From positions 18,228,001-18,292,000 of the forward strand of contig NC_043003.1 of NCBI RefSeq assembly GCF_006345805.1: a stretch of 64,000 nucleotides of DNA, written 5' to 3'. A program made the position numbers and the translations under genes. Under the pieces are notes generated by a model. The model had not been told where the DNA came from, ran no database searches, and saw nothing but the letters and a program-made list of their open reading frames with translations. This stretch comes from Octopus sinensis. Its lineage: Eukaryota. Positions 25,748 through 39,842 of the stretch are shown here, in pieces; position 1 is the stretch's first letter; every line of letters begins with the position of its first letter.

Positions 25748-28700
25748 ATATATATATATGGTAATGTTCCCCACAGTTTCCATCTACCAAAATCAATCAC
25801 ATGGTATTGTTCACCCGGGGTTATTATAGGAGACAGTTGCCTAAGTTACCACCACCATGTGGCACCTTAAGGACTGAACTTAAAACTCCTTGGTCACAAA
25901 ACAAGGTTCTTTACCACAAACCCGTTATCTAATGATAATTGATATGTAATTTTTCAAAACCAAGAGAAAATTTTTCATTATCGTAGTAAAAAGGAAGCCA
26001 GATAGTGTGTGTGTGTGTGTGTAGGCATTAACTAACATGTACCAGAGAGGTGGAGGTGTTGTTAATGATATGTTATGTAAACAGACAACAACCGTTGGTG
26101 GTTGTGTGATAAAATAATAATGTGACTAGAGCAAGAAGTGCTGAGCTCAGATCTGAAGAAACCCCAGTTTCATTTATTTATTTATTTATTTTACTGCATA
26201 CATGGTGCAGGCTTGGCAGTGTGGTTAAAAAGCTCACTTGGCAGCCACATGGTTATGAGTTCAGTTCCACTGCACACTACCTCAGACAAAGTATCTTCTA
26301 CTTACAGCCTTGTGAATGAATTTGACAGATGGAAACTGCATGGAAGCCCATTGTGTTTGTACATGTGTGTGTATATATATATCTTTGTGTCTTGCACCAG
26401 CCATTGCTTGACAACTGGTGCTGGTTTGTTTACATCCCCATAACTTGGCAGTTTCACAAAAGAGACCAATAAAATGCAAATAGGTACTGATTTAAAAACA
26501 AAACTCCGCTGGGGTCGATTTGTTCGATTAAACCCTTCAAACTGGAACTGCAGCATAACCTGCAGTCCAATGACCAACACAAGAAAAGACAAAAGATACT
26601 TACTTAGACCATAAAACAATGATAATGATGATGATGTTAATGATGATATAAATGATGATGATGATGGTGGTGGTGGTGGTACTAATTGTGATGTTAATGG
26701 TGGTGAATGCAGACTGTGCCAATGAAATTTATAAATTTTTAATCTGGTGCGGCAACTAGTTTGGACTTGATTTTGGATGAAGACTTTGCTTGTCCTTGCT
26801 GTAAAGTTGTTTTGTTTTTTTTTTGTTTATCTTTGCCCTCTAGCTTGTGCCAGTGTCAAGGTATTATAAAAGTTAATTTAGATACAGGTGGAGCTGAGTG
26901 GTTTACTCTTTTACTCGTTTCAGTCATTTGGCTGTGGCCATGCTGGAGCACCGCCTTTAGTCAAGCAAATCAACCCCAGGACTTATTCTTTGTAAGCCTA
27001 GTACATATTCTATTGGTCCCTTTTGCCGAACCGCTAAGTTATGGGGACGTAAACACACCAGCATTTATTGTCAAGTGATGTTGGGGGTGGGGGTGAACAC
27101 AGACACACAAACATATACACGCACACATACATATATATATGTATACATATATATGTATATGTATACATACATATTCTGAGAATTTGAACTCAGAACATAA
27201 CAGCAAACGAAATACCGCTAAGCATTTCGCCCGGCATGCTAACATTTCTGCCAGCTTGCCACCTTATAACAATCCTTTAATAATCCATTCTACCATAGAT
27301 ACAAAGCCTGAAATTTTTGATAATAAAGCAAATAATAATCTTTTCTACTAAAGATACACGGTTTGAAATGTTAGAGGGTGTCTTAGTTGATTACAACAAC
27401 CCCAGTGCTAAACTGGTATTTACTTTATTTGACCCTGAAAGAATAAAAGGAAAAGTTGACCTCGACAGTATTTGAACTCAGGATGTAAAGAGCTGGAAGA
27501 ACTGCCACTAAGCATCTTGTCTGATGTGCTAATGATTCTTCCAGCTTGCCACCTTTGTCATTAAATAATGTTATATTACTTTGTGAGTCCTACATCTTTA
27601 TTGTTCTGTTCCAGAACTTTTAACTTTTACTCTTTTTTTTATTACTTCCAATTTACAAAAGTTTACATTTCTCTTTGTCATGCTTTGCTGTTGTTGTTGT
27701 TGTTCTCGTTGTTGTTGTTGTTGCTGCTGTGTTTCCTAAGTTGTTTAACAAAAATTCTGTCCTCTACTACGTTGCTGTCATCTTGCAATGACTCACACCA
27801 ACAAGTTTTTGTCTCAAGTCGTTTCATTTATTTTACTTATCACGTTATCCGTATTCCGTGATGAGGATGCTGATAGCATTGAAGATGACGTTGATGTTGA
27901 TGATTATGGTGGTGGTGGTAATGGTGATGATGATGATGAAGTGGCACCAGAGGTGGTGGTGGTGGTGGTGGTAGCGGCGGCGGCGGTGGTGGTGGTGGTG
28001 ATAGCAGTGTTGGTGACAATAATACCTTTTTTTATTAACCTCTTATTTGTTAATGTTATACTTTCACATTGTGTGTGTGTTTTGAAGTGTTTTGCCTGAA
28101 ATAACAATAAAAAAAAAATCTAAGTGAAATTGCAAAAACAAATAACATTAATCCCTGCTGCCATGCTACAGTATCCTTGATTAGTCGTAAACTATAAAAG
28201 ACAACTGATGAGAAAAAAGTGGCTGAGTTTGACATTAAGTTTAAACACAAACACAATGAACTCCACCCTTCTTTTTTCTTCTTTTAAATTCAGTTTTCTT
28301 ATGTAGACATTTTACATCATCATCATCATGCCATCCACTTTTCCATGCTTGCATGGGTTGGACAGAGCTTATTGAGGCAGATTATCAGTGGCCAGATGTC
28401 CTTCCTGTTGCCAACCTTCACCTGTTTCCAAGTAAGGTACGATTTTCTCATGACGCCAGTGCTAATGGTTCTGCGAGTTCGCCGCCTTTAAACTTCTGTC
28501 AAACCGTCCAACCCATGCTAGCTTGGAAAGCGGATGTGAAAGGATGAAGTGTGTTGAGTCTTTGTGTTTGTCCCCAACACTGTTTAAGAACCAGTGTTGG
28601 TTTGTTTACATTCCCATAACTTAGAAGTTTGGCAAGGCAGGCTGGTGGAACAAGTACCAGACTTACAAAGGGCAATAAGTACCGGTGTCGATTTGTTCAA

Positions 28701-28886
28701 GTAAAACCCCTTCAAAGCAGTGTTCCAGCATGGCCGTACTCCACCTCTTCATGATTATCATCATCATAGTCATCATCATTAATGTTCTCAATGCCCCAGT
28801 GGTATTCTATAGTAGAGGATATTCCATCTCCCTACCTATAAAAAGGAATGTGCTGATGCAAAAGTTTGGGTTACTTCTTGTTCTTT

Positions 28887-28905
28887 CTTTTTTTACTACT
28901 ACTAC

Positions 28906-28943
<38 letters not shown>

Positions 28944-28991
28944 AAAAAAATTCTACTACTACTACTACTAGTAGTAGTAGTAGTAGTAGAA
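28887..28991. repeat. Two adjacent self-complementary (TAC)n-(TAG)n microsatellites
   Basis: TTTT(TAC)n(TAG)nTAAAA followed by TTC(TAC)n(TAG)nAA. Confidence 0.9.
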
Positions 28992-29695
28992 CTTTTCTTT
29001 GACAGAAGCTTGAGAATCAACAGGTGATCTTCAGAAAACAGAAGTTCAGCTCTAGAAATAGTTCTATGTTATCTATACTTGTAAATGCCTAAAATAAATA
29101 TCAACCACCATTAAATCCAGACAACCTGTCTAAGAATATCTACAAAGTTGATCTGGCTTATAGAAATTGCTACAGAATTGAAATATCTTTATCCTCCTCT
29201 TCTCTAATCTTCTTTTCTGATGTAAATCTCAGAAATAGAAATAAATTTACCTTGTCAGAGGTAAATTTATTATTTTTTAGTGATTTCTTATATCAGTTAT
29301 TAATATACAAGAATATCTGATTATAGATGCAGGCGTGGTTGCGTGATTGAGAAGTTTACTTCCTAATCACATGGTTCTGGGTTCAGTCCCACTGCCTAGC
29401 ACCTTGAGCAGGTGTCTTCGCTAGGAGACCCTTCCAGATGCTTGCACTCTGCTGGCATAGCTTTGTGTCATTGAGGCATGCAAACCATCACACCATCACA
29501 AGAACTGGACTGGACCTTTTGGTGGGCATAGGATATGTAGGTCTACATTATTTATAGTGTACATCCTTAGAGGATGTGATTTTAGGTGTATTTGACTGTT
29601 ATCTCTAACAGGTTAATGGACCAGCCACATAGGGGTTCCAATATTTGATAGCAGTCTTTTGTCTTTATTATCCACTAAGTGGATAATTCTTTCTA

Positions 29696-30072
29696 GGTGC
29701 AGGAGTGGCTTTGTGGTAAGTAGCTTGCTTACCAACCACATGGTCCCGGGTTCAGTCCCACTGCATGGCACCTTGGGCAAGTGTCTTCTACTATAGCCTT
29801 GGGCCAACCAAAGCCTTGTGAGTGGATTTGGTAGACGGAAACTGGAAGAAGCCCGTCTGTGTGTATATGTTTTTGCGTCTGTTTGTCCCCCCAGCATCGC
29901 TTGACAACCAATGCTGGTGTGTTTATGTCCCCGTAACTTAGCAGTTCGGCAAAAAAGACCAATAGAATAAGTACTAGGCTTACAAAAAATAAGTCCTGGG
30001 GTCAATTTGCTCGACTATAAAGGTGGTGCTCCAGCATGGCCGCAGTCAAATGACTGAAACAAGTAAAAGAGT
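29696..30072 (+). mobile_element. SINE family A
   Basis: Full-length copy with short internal microsatellite. Confidence 0.85.
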
Positions 30073-30480
30073 AGGTAAGGCAGTGAGCTAGCAGATATAT
30101 TTGCACGTTGGGCAAAGTGCTTAGCGGCATTTCATCCATCTTTACAATCTGGGTTCAAATTCTGCCATGGTTGACTTAACCTTTCATCCTTTCGGGATCA
30201 ATGAAACAAGTGCCAGTTGAGCACTGGGGGTCAATGTATCTCCCTCCCACAAAATTTTAGGCCTCGTGTCTGTAGTAGAAAGAATTATCCAAAGGTCCAG
30301 TCCTTATTGCAGTGTGATGACTTGTGTAGCCTAACTGACCCTAAAAGCTATGCCCATGGAGAGCAAGCTGAGTAGATCAAAGGACAGAGGTCGGGCAAAT
30401 ATGGACCACCCCATCCCAAAAGTAAAAATGGGTTTACAGAGGACCAAAATCCCTACTGAGGAAAAAGCAATGTTATAGAT

Positions 30481-31037
30481 CAGGAGTTCTTGACCATTTT
30501 TTTTATCCATGGGCCCTATTGATTACTATTTTATTCTGGTGCCCCACCCCACCATCGCCATTTTCATGTTTAAAATTTAGCTTTATAGAAACTTCTTTCA
30601 AAATTCTTTTTTGTTTTTTGTTTTATACATTAAACCTTTTGATACCAACCCGTCTGAAACCACCTCTGGCTCTGTAGTATAAATGTCTTTTTTTCAAAAG
30701 TTCTGAATTAGAATCTTCTATCTTAGTCACAATTTATGTTCCTAACTGTAGCTTAATGATAACTAAGTTATTTGACTAAATTCTTTGTTATATTTCAAAT
30801 TAATTGAAAGGAACTCAGAGCATCTCAACAGAAATATGGTAACAAAAGGGTTAACTTGTGTAGGTTGAACTATGTATAGTGTCAGAGAAAGAAAATTTTT
30901 TTAGGAGCCCTTAAAATACTATTGCAGACTGCCCCACCACCACCACCACACACACAATTTACTATTTTCTTGCATGGACCCCGAAAAAATCTTATATAAA
31001 CCCTCTGGGCCATATGGACCTTGGTTGAGAACCACTG
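30481..31037. mobile_element. hAT-type MITE containing a nested piggyBac-like MITE (about 30630-30854)
   Basis: TIRs CAGGAGTTCTTGACC and GGTTGAGAACCACTG; 8-bp TSD TTATAGA(T/G); inner element bounded by TTAA. Confidence 0.75.
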
Positions 31038-31677
31038 TTATAGAGGTACCAATGATAATTCAAGACCAACAAGACCAGGAAGAGGAAGGCCTTCCCTCAA
31101 GGAAACATATAAGACTGCAGCAAAATTCAAAAGAGAAGGCCAAGATTCAATTTGAGAGAACCGAAAAGGACCACTCAAAGTTGAGAACATTGAAGCAAAG
31201 TCGTCAATGGCCAATGCTCGTTAGGGAGCGAAAGGCTTAAATAAGTAAGCAGCAGCAGTAGTAACAGTGATGAAGTAAGCTCCATCTGTAATTAACCTGG
31301 AAACAGTTGCCAACTAGAAAGTGGTTTATTTATGTAGATGTGGAATAGATTTTCACCTCCCCTTCTAGATTAGTTGACTTTTAGTCATCGACAGGCGTTG
31401 CAAAGGAAATGGCTGCCAAATTATATCATATCTTTTCATATGTCTATATGTTGATTAATTTAATGACTCTAGTCATAGACAGGTGTTACGGGGCGATGAC
31501 TGCCAAAATTACACCATATCTTCCTATGTCTGAGCGTTTGCTAATTCAGTGTGTTCTATTGATTACTGTGGCATCAATGTTTATATAGACTCTTTCATGT
31601 GTGAGTTAGACTTCCATTATCTGGCTCATAAAAAAAAAAAGCAATGCTTGTGTATCTGCATACACATACACACACAC

Positions 31678-31725
<48 letters not shown>

Positions 31726-32671
31726 ACACACATGTGCATATGTGTGTATATGTGTGTGCATATATGTGTGTGTGTATTTGTATATATGTATGCAATATAA
31801 ACATTATAAGGCACAGGATTGCCAATTAGTTAAGGAGTTCACTTCAAAAACGATAGTTTCCAGGTTCAATCCTTCTGTGTAGCATCTTATTTATTTACTG
31901 CCCACAAGGGGCTACACACAGAGGGGACAAACAAGGGCACATAAAAAGATTAAGTCGATTATATTGACCCCAGTGCATAGCTGGTACTTAATTTATCAAC
32001 CCTGAAAGGATGAAAGGCAAAGTCAACCTTGGCGGAATTTGAACTCAGACCGTATTGGCAGACAAAATACCTATTTCTTTACTACCCACAAGGGCCAAAC
32101 ACAGAGGGGACAAATAAGGACAGACAAATGGATTAGGTCGATTACATCGACCCCAGTGCATAACTGGTACTTAATTTTTTGGACCCTGAAAGGATGAAAG
32201 GCAAAGTTGACCGGCGGAATTTGAACTCAGAATGTAGTGGCAGACGAAATATCGCTAAGCATTTCGCCCGGCGTACTAATGTTTCTGCCAGCTAACCACC
32301 TGTGTAACATCTTGGTCAAATGTCATTTTTTACAGGTCTAGCCATACCTTGTAAACTGAAACTGGATAGATGGAAACTGTACAGAAGCTGATCAAATTAA
32401 AAGGCACAGCCTTGTCGCATACACTGTGTTAGGCTCATTATTCTGACTGAGAATTACGTTAAGAGTACACATGGCAGTGAAATATTCTACCACTTTCATG
32501 CTAATTCAATGAAGCTAATAGTTTGGTTGATTGAACAGCTAAATACTGTTTATCAAAACAAGTATAGCCCCATCCATCTAATATATATTTCATGTATGTG
32601 TGTGGGTGCATGTGTGTGTGTATGTACTCACATGTACATATATATATACATATTTATATATATGCATGCTT

Positions 32672-32970
32672 GTGGAGGCGCAATGGCACAGTGGTTAGGG
32701 CAGCGGACTCGTGGTCGTAGGATTGTGGTTTCGTTTCCCAGACCGAGCATTGTGAGTGTTTATTGAGTGAAAACACCTAAAGCTCCACGAGGCTCCGACA
32801 AGGTGTGGTGGCAATCCCTGTTGTACTCTTTCGCTGCAACTTTCTCTCTTTCTTCTGTTGGCCTGCTCACTTAGCCAGTGGGGTGGCATCATTTGAAGGC
32901 TAAAACGATGCGAAGCGCATTGTGACCAGTGATGTGTAACAACATCTGATAGCCTGGTTGGTCACGGTGA
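32672..32970 (+). mobile_element. SINE family C variant
   Basis: GTGGAGGCGCAATGGCACAGTGGTTAG head. Confidence 0.8.
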
Positions 32971-34101
32971 TATATGCATGCTTATGAGCATGCATACCTC
33001 CATATATATTTATGTGCACATACATTGTGTGTGTGTGTGTAGATATAAATATGGTGCAAAAATTAAAAAAAGGACATTAAGTAAACAAAGTGTTCTAGGT
33101 TTACGCTCAGAAAAAGCAGACGGGGAAAGTTTTTATGTTTTGAGCATATGCTCCTCTGCAGAAAAAATAGAAGAGGAAAGAGAAAGCAAATATATCCCCC
33201 CCACACACACACACACATGCATGCATGCATACATACATACCATAGGATGTTCCCTGATTTCTCTTGACACTGATAAGCCTAGTGTTCAGCTTCAGATTTC
33301 ATAAGATGAAAGCTGAACCTTTTCCAAGAGTTGAATGCCATTTTATTGCAGTTAGTCCTCCCAGAAGAGCTAATTATCTCCAAGAAATAGTGGAATCAAG
33401 ACTTTCTTGGATGTAGTGAATTACTGCAGATTCAAACCCAACCCCTATTATTTAAGTCACTATCATCATCGTTGTCATCATCATCATCATTATGATCATT
33501 ATCATTCCAAAATCTACTGTTTCCCTGTTTGTATGGGTCAGGCAAAATTCAGTGAAACAGTATTGTAAGGCCAGATACCCTTTGGACAGACATGTTTTCA
33601 CAGAAGATAGCAAACAATACTGCTTCTGTTGTTGTTGTTGTCATCATCACAGTCGCAGTTCAACGACTTGTACAGCACTCACCATTGTCGTTTTATTACC
33701 CACTTCAAATCATCATATCTGACCCACTTCCCTTTTTTTATTAATCTTTTCTGAGAGTCTGTGATCACCAGGGCATAAAATATCTATGATTAAACAGGTT
33801 TTTTTTAACCTGCTATTTTTTGACAATCACAATATCTGGCATCATCATCATCACTATTATTACTGGTGAGTGAGCATTCTGCTAGCTCGCTTTTGTAGAA
33901 AAATCTGAATGCTAAAGGATTAAGGCAGATTTGCTACTGATGGATGCTCTTCCTGTCACCAACCCTTGCCTGTTTCCAGCCTGGGTAATATTTCCCTATG
34001 GTCAGACGTTTCCATACAGTATTGCAGACAAATGACATTCATTCACAACAATCCCACAATATGAAAATAAGGAGATACAAACACACACTCACTCACACAC
34101 A

Positions 34102-34194
<93 letters not shown>

Positions 34195-34687
34195 CCATGA
34201 TGGCTGTCTACTTGTGACCAAAGAAGACCATCACTGATCGTTGCCTGTGCAAAATGTCATCAATGTCTGTAAAAAAATTTTAGGGTCAATAAGGCTTACA
34301 TGACTCTTTCCGTCCTACTGAAATGATCCAGAGACAAGCCAAGATTAGATAACTAGTGCCAGTATGCGTCCATGGGATCAGGCATATGGAAGCACCATGA
34401 TCACAAGCACAAGTAAAAGATCATCGAAACATCCAAAACCATTCCTTGCATATCCGGTTTTATATGAGTGACTTTCTGCCAGAGACATGCTTCTTTCAGC
34501 ATTCATCTACGAAATCCTTTTATAAGGGCTATTAGTGGAAAACATTTGCTTAACCCTTTCGTTACCATGAGATGCTCTGTGTTTCTTTCAATTAATTTTA
34601 AATATAATAAAGAATTTAGTAAAATAACTTGGTTATCATTAAGCTAGTGTTAGGAATATAAATTGTTATTAAGGTTTGGTGGAAGAT

Positions 34688-35074
34688 TTGTTTCAGTCAT
34701 TTGACTGTGGCCATACTGGAGCACTGCCTTTAGTTGAGCAAACTGACCCCAGGACTTATTCTTTGTAAGCCTAGTACTTATTCTATCAGTGTCTTTTACA
34801 AACCCGCTAAGTTACGGGGATGTAAACACACCAACGTTGGTCGTCAAGTGATGTTAGGGGGTGGGGCAAACAGACACACAAACATATACACGCACATACA
34901 TATACATATATATACATATACGATGGGCTTCTTCCAGTTTCCGTCTACCAAATCCACTCACAAGGTTTTGGTCGGTCTGAAGCTATAGTAGAAGACACTT
35001 GCCCAAGGTGCCACACAGTGGGACTGAACTCGGGACCATGTGGTTGGTAAGCAAGCTACTTACCACACAGCCAC
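34688..35074 (-). mobile_element. SINE family A abutting a truncated piggyBac-like MITE (about 34550-34687)
   Basis: Family A sequence joined directly to a truncated TTAA-MITE. Confidence 0.8.
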
Positions 35075-35621
35075 TACAATTCAAAAAAATGTCTTTCTTT
35101 TATCAATTTCATCCAAATCGTTTTAGATATTAAGGCTACAATATGTTGTTTCTTAACAGATATCACTAGTAGCAAGCCACAAAAAGCTAATCCCTACCAC
35201 CACTAAATTTTTAATCTTTCCACATAGAAAATGATTAAGCCTTAATCTTTTACACAAATGATTTAGTATCTATTTTAATTACATGTTATTAATTATTTCT
35301 TTGTTGCATTTTTAATAGATTTCTTTCACAATATAAATACACACACAAACACACACACATCTTTTATCCTTTACTTGTTTCAGTCATTAGACTGTGGCCA
35401 TGCTGGGGCACTGCCATGAAGAATTTTTAGTCAAGTGTATCAACCCCTGTACATATTTTTATAAGCCTGGTACTTATTCTGTCAGACTCTTTTGCTGAAC
35501 CACTAAGTTACAGAGACGTAAATACATAGGCACAAACACACACACACACACATATACATAACATATTGTATAATTACCAACAGGGCAAATTTTAGCCATT
35601 TCTCCGCAGACTGAAAAAAAT

Positions 35622-35675
35622 GATGAACAACCTTTATCAATTTTCGAACCTTATTGAGTTCTCATCAGAGTCATC
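35622..35675 (-). ncRNA. Minimal type I hammerhead ribozyme in a Penelope-like fragment
   Basis: Minus strand GATGACT-CTGATGA-GAAC tcaataag GTTC-GAAA-ATTGA-TA-AAGGTTGTTCATC; canonical core and helix II, weak helices I and III. Confidence 0.6.
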
Positions 35676-35832
35676 CACATCATTCTGATAGTCTCCAGAG
35701 AAACAAGCTGCCAAACTGTTTATATACTCAACAAATGCAGCAGTTACTCTATGAAGGACTCCCTAATTTGCATACCGAAAGTTTTTAACACTCTATAAAT
35801 ACCAGCAGCCTGTCAACAGGTATCTTAGTCCA

Positions 35833-36350
35833 AAGGCAGTGAGCTTGCAGAAACGTTAGCACGCCAAGCAAAATGTTTAGCAGTATTTCGTCTGCCGATA
35901 CATTCTGAGTTCAAATTCCGCCGAGGTCGACTTTGCCTTTCATCCTTTCGGGGTCAATTAAATAAGTACCAGTTACGCACTGGGGTCGATATAATCAACT
36001 TAATCCATTTGTCTGTCCTTGTTTGTCCTCTCTGTGTTTAGCCCCTTTGTGGATAGTAAAGAAATAGGTATCTTTCTCCACATAGTATCAAGGTATGATA
36101 TAATATATACATATATATATTTCTTTACTACCCACAAAGGGCTAAACACAGAGAGGACAAACAAGGACAGACAAACAGATTAAGTCAATTACATCGACCC
36201 CAGTGCACAACTGGTACTTAATTTATCGACCCCGAAAGGATGAAAGGCAAAGTCGACCTTGGCGGAATTTGAACTCAGAACGTAATGGCAGACGAAATAC
36301 GGCCACGCATTTCGCCCAGTGTGCTAACGTTTCTGCCAGCTCGCTGCCTT
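35833..36350. mobile_element. Two SINE family B copies in inverted orientation
   Basis: 35833-36066 (+) and 36121-36350 (-) are near reverse complements. Confidence 0.85.
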
Positions 36351-36865
36351 GGTGATATATACATATATAAATACATAATATATACATATATATGATGGGC
36401 TTCTTTCAGTTTCCGTCTACCAAATACACTCACAAGGCTTTGGTCAGTCTGAGTCTATAGTAGAAGATGCTTGCTCAAGGTGCCTCACAGTAGGACTGAA
36501 CCTGGAACCATGTGGTTGGGAAGCAGTCTTTTGTTTTTCTTTTTTAAAGCAAATTTGAAAACCTCACTACAAAGTCTCTACTCATACAACTGGTGCATAG
36601 TTTGTTATCTTAATTCTTTTCAACTCAAAACATGTTTTTTATAAACTTGACTAATTATGGTACATTTAGAGTAATCAACCTTCTGAGTAATGATGAAATA
36701 TGTAACAGCTGGTATAACAACACCTGATTCCACTGGAAATGGGCGCCAGGTTTAATTCAAGCAGGTTTGGAATGGACAAAAACTGGTTTCTTATCTCTCT
36801 TTGTAAATGGTACTATTGGTCATAGTGTTGTTGGTAGAGGTGGTAGTGTAGGTGGTGGTGGTGGT

Positions 36866-37076
36866 GTTGTTGTTGTTGTTAAGCAACAAGACGGGTAAGG
36901 GTGATTAGGTGATGGTCTAGGGCTTAGGGGCGGGAGACCCCAGACCTTGGAGGAAGAAAAAAAACTTTGGTCGTCTTGTTGTAGTCGAGGGCTCTTCATT
37001 GACGCCTGACACCACTGGGAGGTGGCCCTTGAAGTTGCTGGGAATGCAGATCTCCAGGTCCAAATTCTTGAACGGC
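36866..37076 (-). mobile_element. ~210-bp retroposon-like element with (AAC)n tail
   Basis: Reverse-complement paralog of 49633-50052 (without the inserted MITE). Confidence 0.65.
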
Positions 37077-37562
37077 TGCTGCTGCTGCAGCTGCCAGTAA
37101 AAGTTGTCATGATGGTGGTGGTGGTGGTGGTGGTGCCGCTCCTGCTGCTGCTGGAAGTAAAAGTTGTTATGATGGTGGTGATGGTAATGGTAGTTGTGGT
37201 GGTGATGGTGACAATGATGGCAGTTGTGATGGGGTTGGTGATGACAGTGGCAGTTGTGATGGTGGTAGTTTTAGTAGTGGTAGTAGTCGTGATGATGGTT
37301 GTAGTGGCAGCAGCAGTGGCAGTGGTAGTGGTGATCGCAGTGATAACAATAGCCCAGCACCTATGAATGGGCTGGTTTAATAGTTAAGAAACAGTGCTCT
37401 CAAACATAAGTTCACAGGCTCAATCCCACATTTTCAGAAGATACATATGAAGTCAGGCAAGGGACTTGATTTCATATTAGTCCAGATCATTCAGATGACA
37501 AAAGTGAGTATAATGATTGACAAAGCATGCAGTCAGCATGGCAACATTAAGAAAATAAAAAT

Positions 37563-37940
37563 AGGAGTGGCTGTGTAGTAAGTAGCTTGCTTACCAACCA
37601 CATGGTTCCGGGTTCAGTCCCACTGCATGGCACCTTGGGCAAGTGTCTTCTACTATAGCCTCGGGCCATCCAGAGCCTTGTGAGTGGATTTGGTAGGTGG
37701 AAACTGAAAGAAGCCTGTCGTATATATGTATATATATGTGTGTGTGTGTGTTTGTCTCCCCAACATCGCTTGACAACCGATGCTGGTGTGTTTATGTCCC
37801 CGTAACTTAGTAGTTCGGCTAAGGTCACTGATAGAATAAGTACTAGGCTTACAAAGAATAAGTCCTGTGGTCAATTTGCTCAACTAAAGGCGGTGCTCCA
37901 GCATGGCAACAGTCAAATGACTGAAACAAGTAAATGAGTA
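37563..37940 (+). mobile_element. SINE family A
   Basis: Near full-length copy. Confidence 0.85.
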
Positions 37941-38492
37941 AACTCTTTAGCCATGAAAAGAGATGCACCAGCAATAATGGAATCCTATATCCTATCTGTC
38001 CTTCTTTTCACCCATCCTGTCATTATTTGAAAAAGAAGAAAGGTGGTGAGCTGGCAGAAATGTTAGCACGCTGGGTAAAATGCTTAGCGGTATTTCGTCT
38101 GTCTTTATGTTCTGAGTTCAAATTTCACTGAGGTCGACTTTGCCTTTCATCCTTTCCTATAACATGTATATGGGAAATTGTACCATTTGTGGAATGAGTT
38201 ACTGTTCTGTATACATACTTGATTATACATACTGCTTTCCAAGAAATATTTCATAAAATTATCTATTCATTAAATCCTGTGGGTGTGGTAAAGCTTGGCT
38301 CTGATGTTGAGGTTTTTGTTTTGGTTTTTAAAACTATAAATAGCAACAGGATAATAAAAGGCTATATTTCTTTAAATGTTGTCAGATTCCATCATTTAAT
38401 TTTTAAATCATTCTCTGCCCCTGAAATTAATAAGGATGGGACAGTCATATGCAAGTTTCATTTTTGTGTTCTCACACACACACATCCATCCA

Positions 38493-38903
38493 TCCCTATA
38501 TCTATAACAACATGAAATTCTATCTGTCTGTTTGTCCGGCTGGGACCCCTGTATCTCAGCCTACATTTGCTCTACATAGACATATTATACCTTTTTGGAA
38601 TCAGAATGATCCGAAGATCGAAAATCTGCCCTTCATTTGGTTCTTAAACATCCAGCATTGGGATCAGATCTGGATTAGGATTTGTTACATACTAACAGTT
38701 GACAATTCAAATTTTAAAAAAACTCCAAAAATTTATGAACTTAAAAGTTTTTCATTTAAACTGAATTTAAAGTAATACCATATTGGTAGGGTACCAATAA
38801 ATACTTTGTTATTATGGTTCATTTTAGTTTTGGACCGCAGGTCTAATTAGCCTTCTGCAGGAACTAGCTTAAGAGTCCACACGGAGTGCAGCTTTTAAGC
38901 CAG
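38493..38903 (+). mobile_element. Probable non-autonomous Helitron
   Basis: TC...TATAACAACATGAAATTCTATCTGTCTGTTTGTCC start typical of such elements; weak 3' hairpin and CCAG|T end. Confidence 0.4.
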
Positions 38904-39636
38904 TATATATGTGTGTGTGTATAGTATCTTATCTTACATATTAATGTCACACACAATATGTGTATAGGAAATTCTACAACCTGAGGTGTTGGTTGTCCTT
39001 TTATATACATACATGATTTCATTATACATACTGTTTTCAAAGAAATATTTCAGAAAATTATCTGTTCTGTAATTCTGTAAATCCAATGGTTATGTGAGTA
39101 TCTGTATAATGACGGGCTAACTCAGCTTCACTTGACCCAGTGACCCAGACTGAGCATGTACAAATCATCAGTTATTCAGAGTCGGGGTAAGTGGGATTTA
39201 AAAGAAATTTGAACTACTTCTGGGTAAGAGTATTTAGGCCTCCATTGGCAGTTCAGTCATGTTGGTGTTTTCACTTAGAGACATTAGCTGTTTCATTACT
39301 TACTCCACATAATAGAACAGACAGGATATTGGCACAAGTTAGTTGGTATTCTTGTAGAGTCTAACATTTCAATGACATGTGTTCTTTTATTGTATGCTCA
39401 ATATAATAGAGCATACATAGTGTTGGCATGAATCAGTCAGTATGTTCTTTCTATTTCCGACTACTTCACAGAATGTACTTGGTCTATTATATATCCTAGC
39501 ACCAACACTAGAGAGGCTGTGTTGTTCCCAGAAGTACTAAAGAGTTTACTCTTCTCTGCATTGTCTCTTTTCATCTAAAGCACAGATTCTCAACCAGGGT
39601 CCATAAAAGATTTTATTGTTAAAATTTATGTATAAT

Positions 39637-39808
39637 AGGCGCAGGAGTGGCTGTGTGGTAAGTAGCTTGCTTACCAACCACATGGTTCTGGGTTCAGTCC
39701 CACTGCGTGGCAATTTGGGCAAGTGTCTTCTACTATAACCTCGGGCTGACCAAAGCCTTGTGAGTGGATTTGGTAGACAGAAACTGAAAGAAGCCCATCT
39801 TATATATG

Positions 39809-39842
<34 letters not shown>

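Noticed and set aside
37022-37366. Val/Met-rich hydrophobic ORF
   Set aside because: Degenerate (GTG/ATG)n microsatellite
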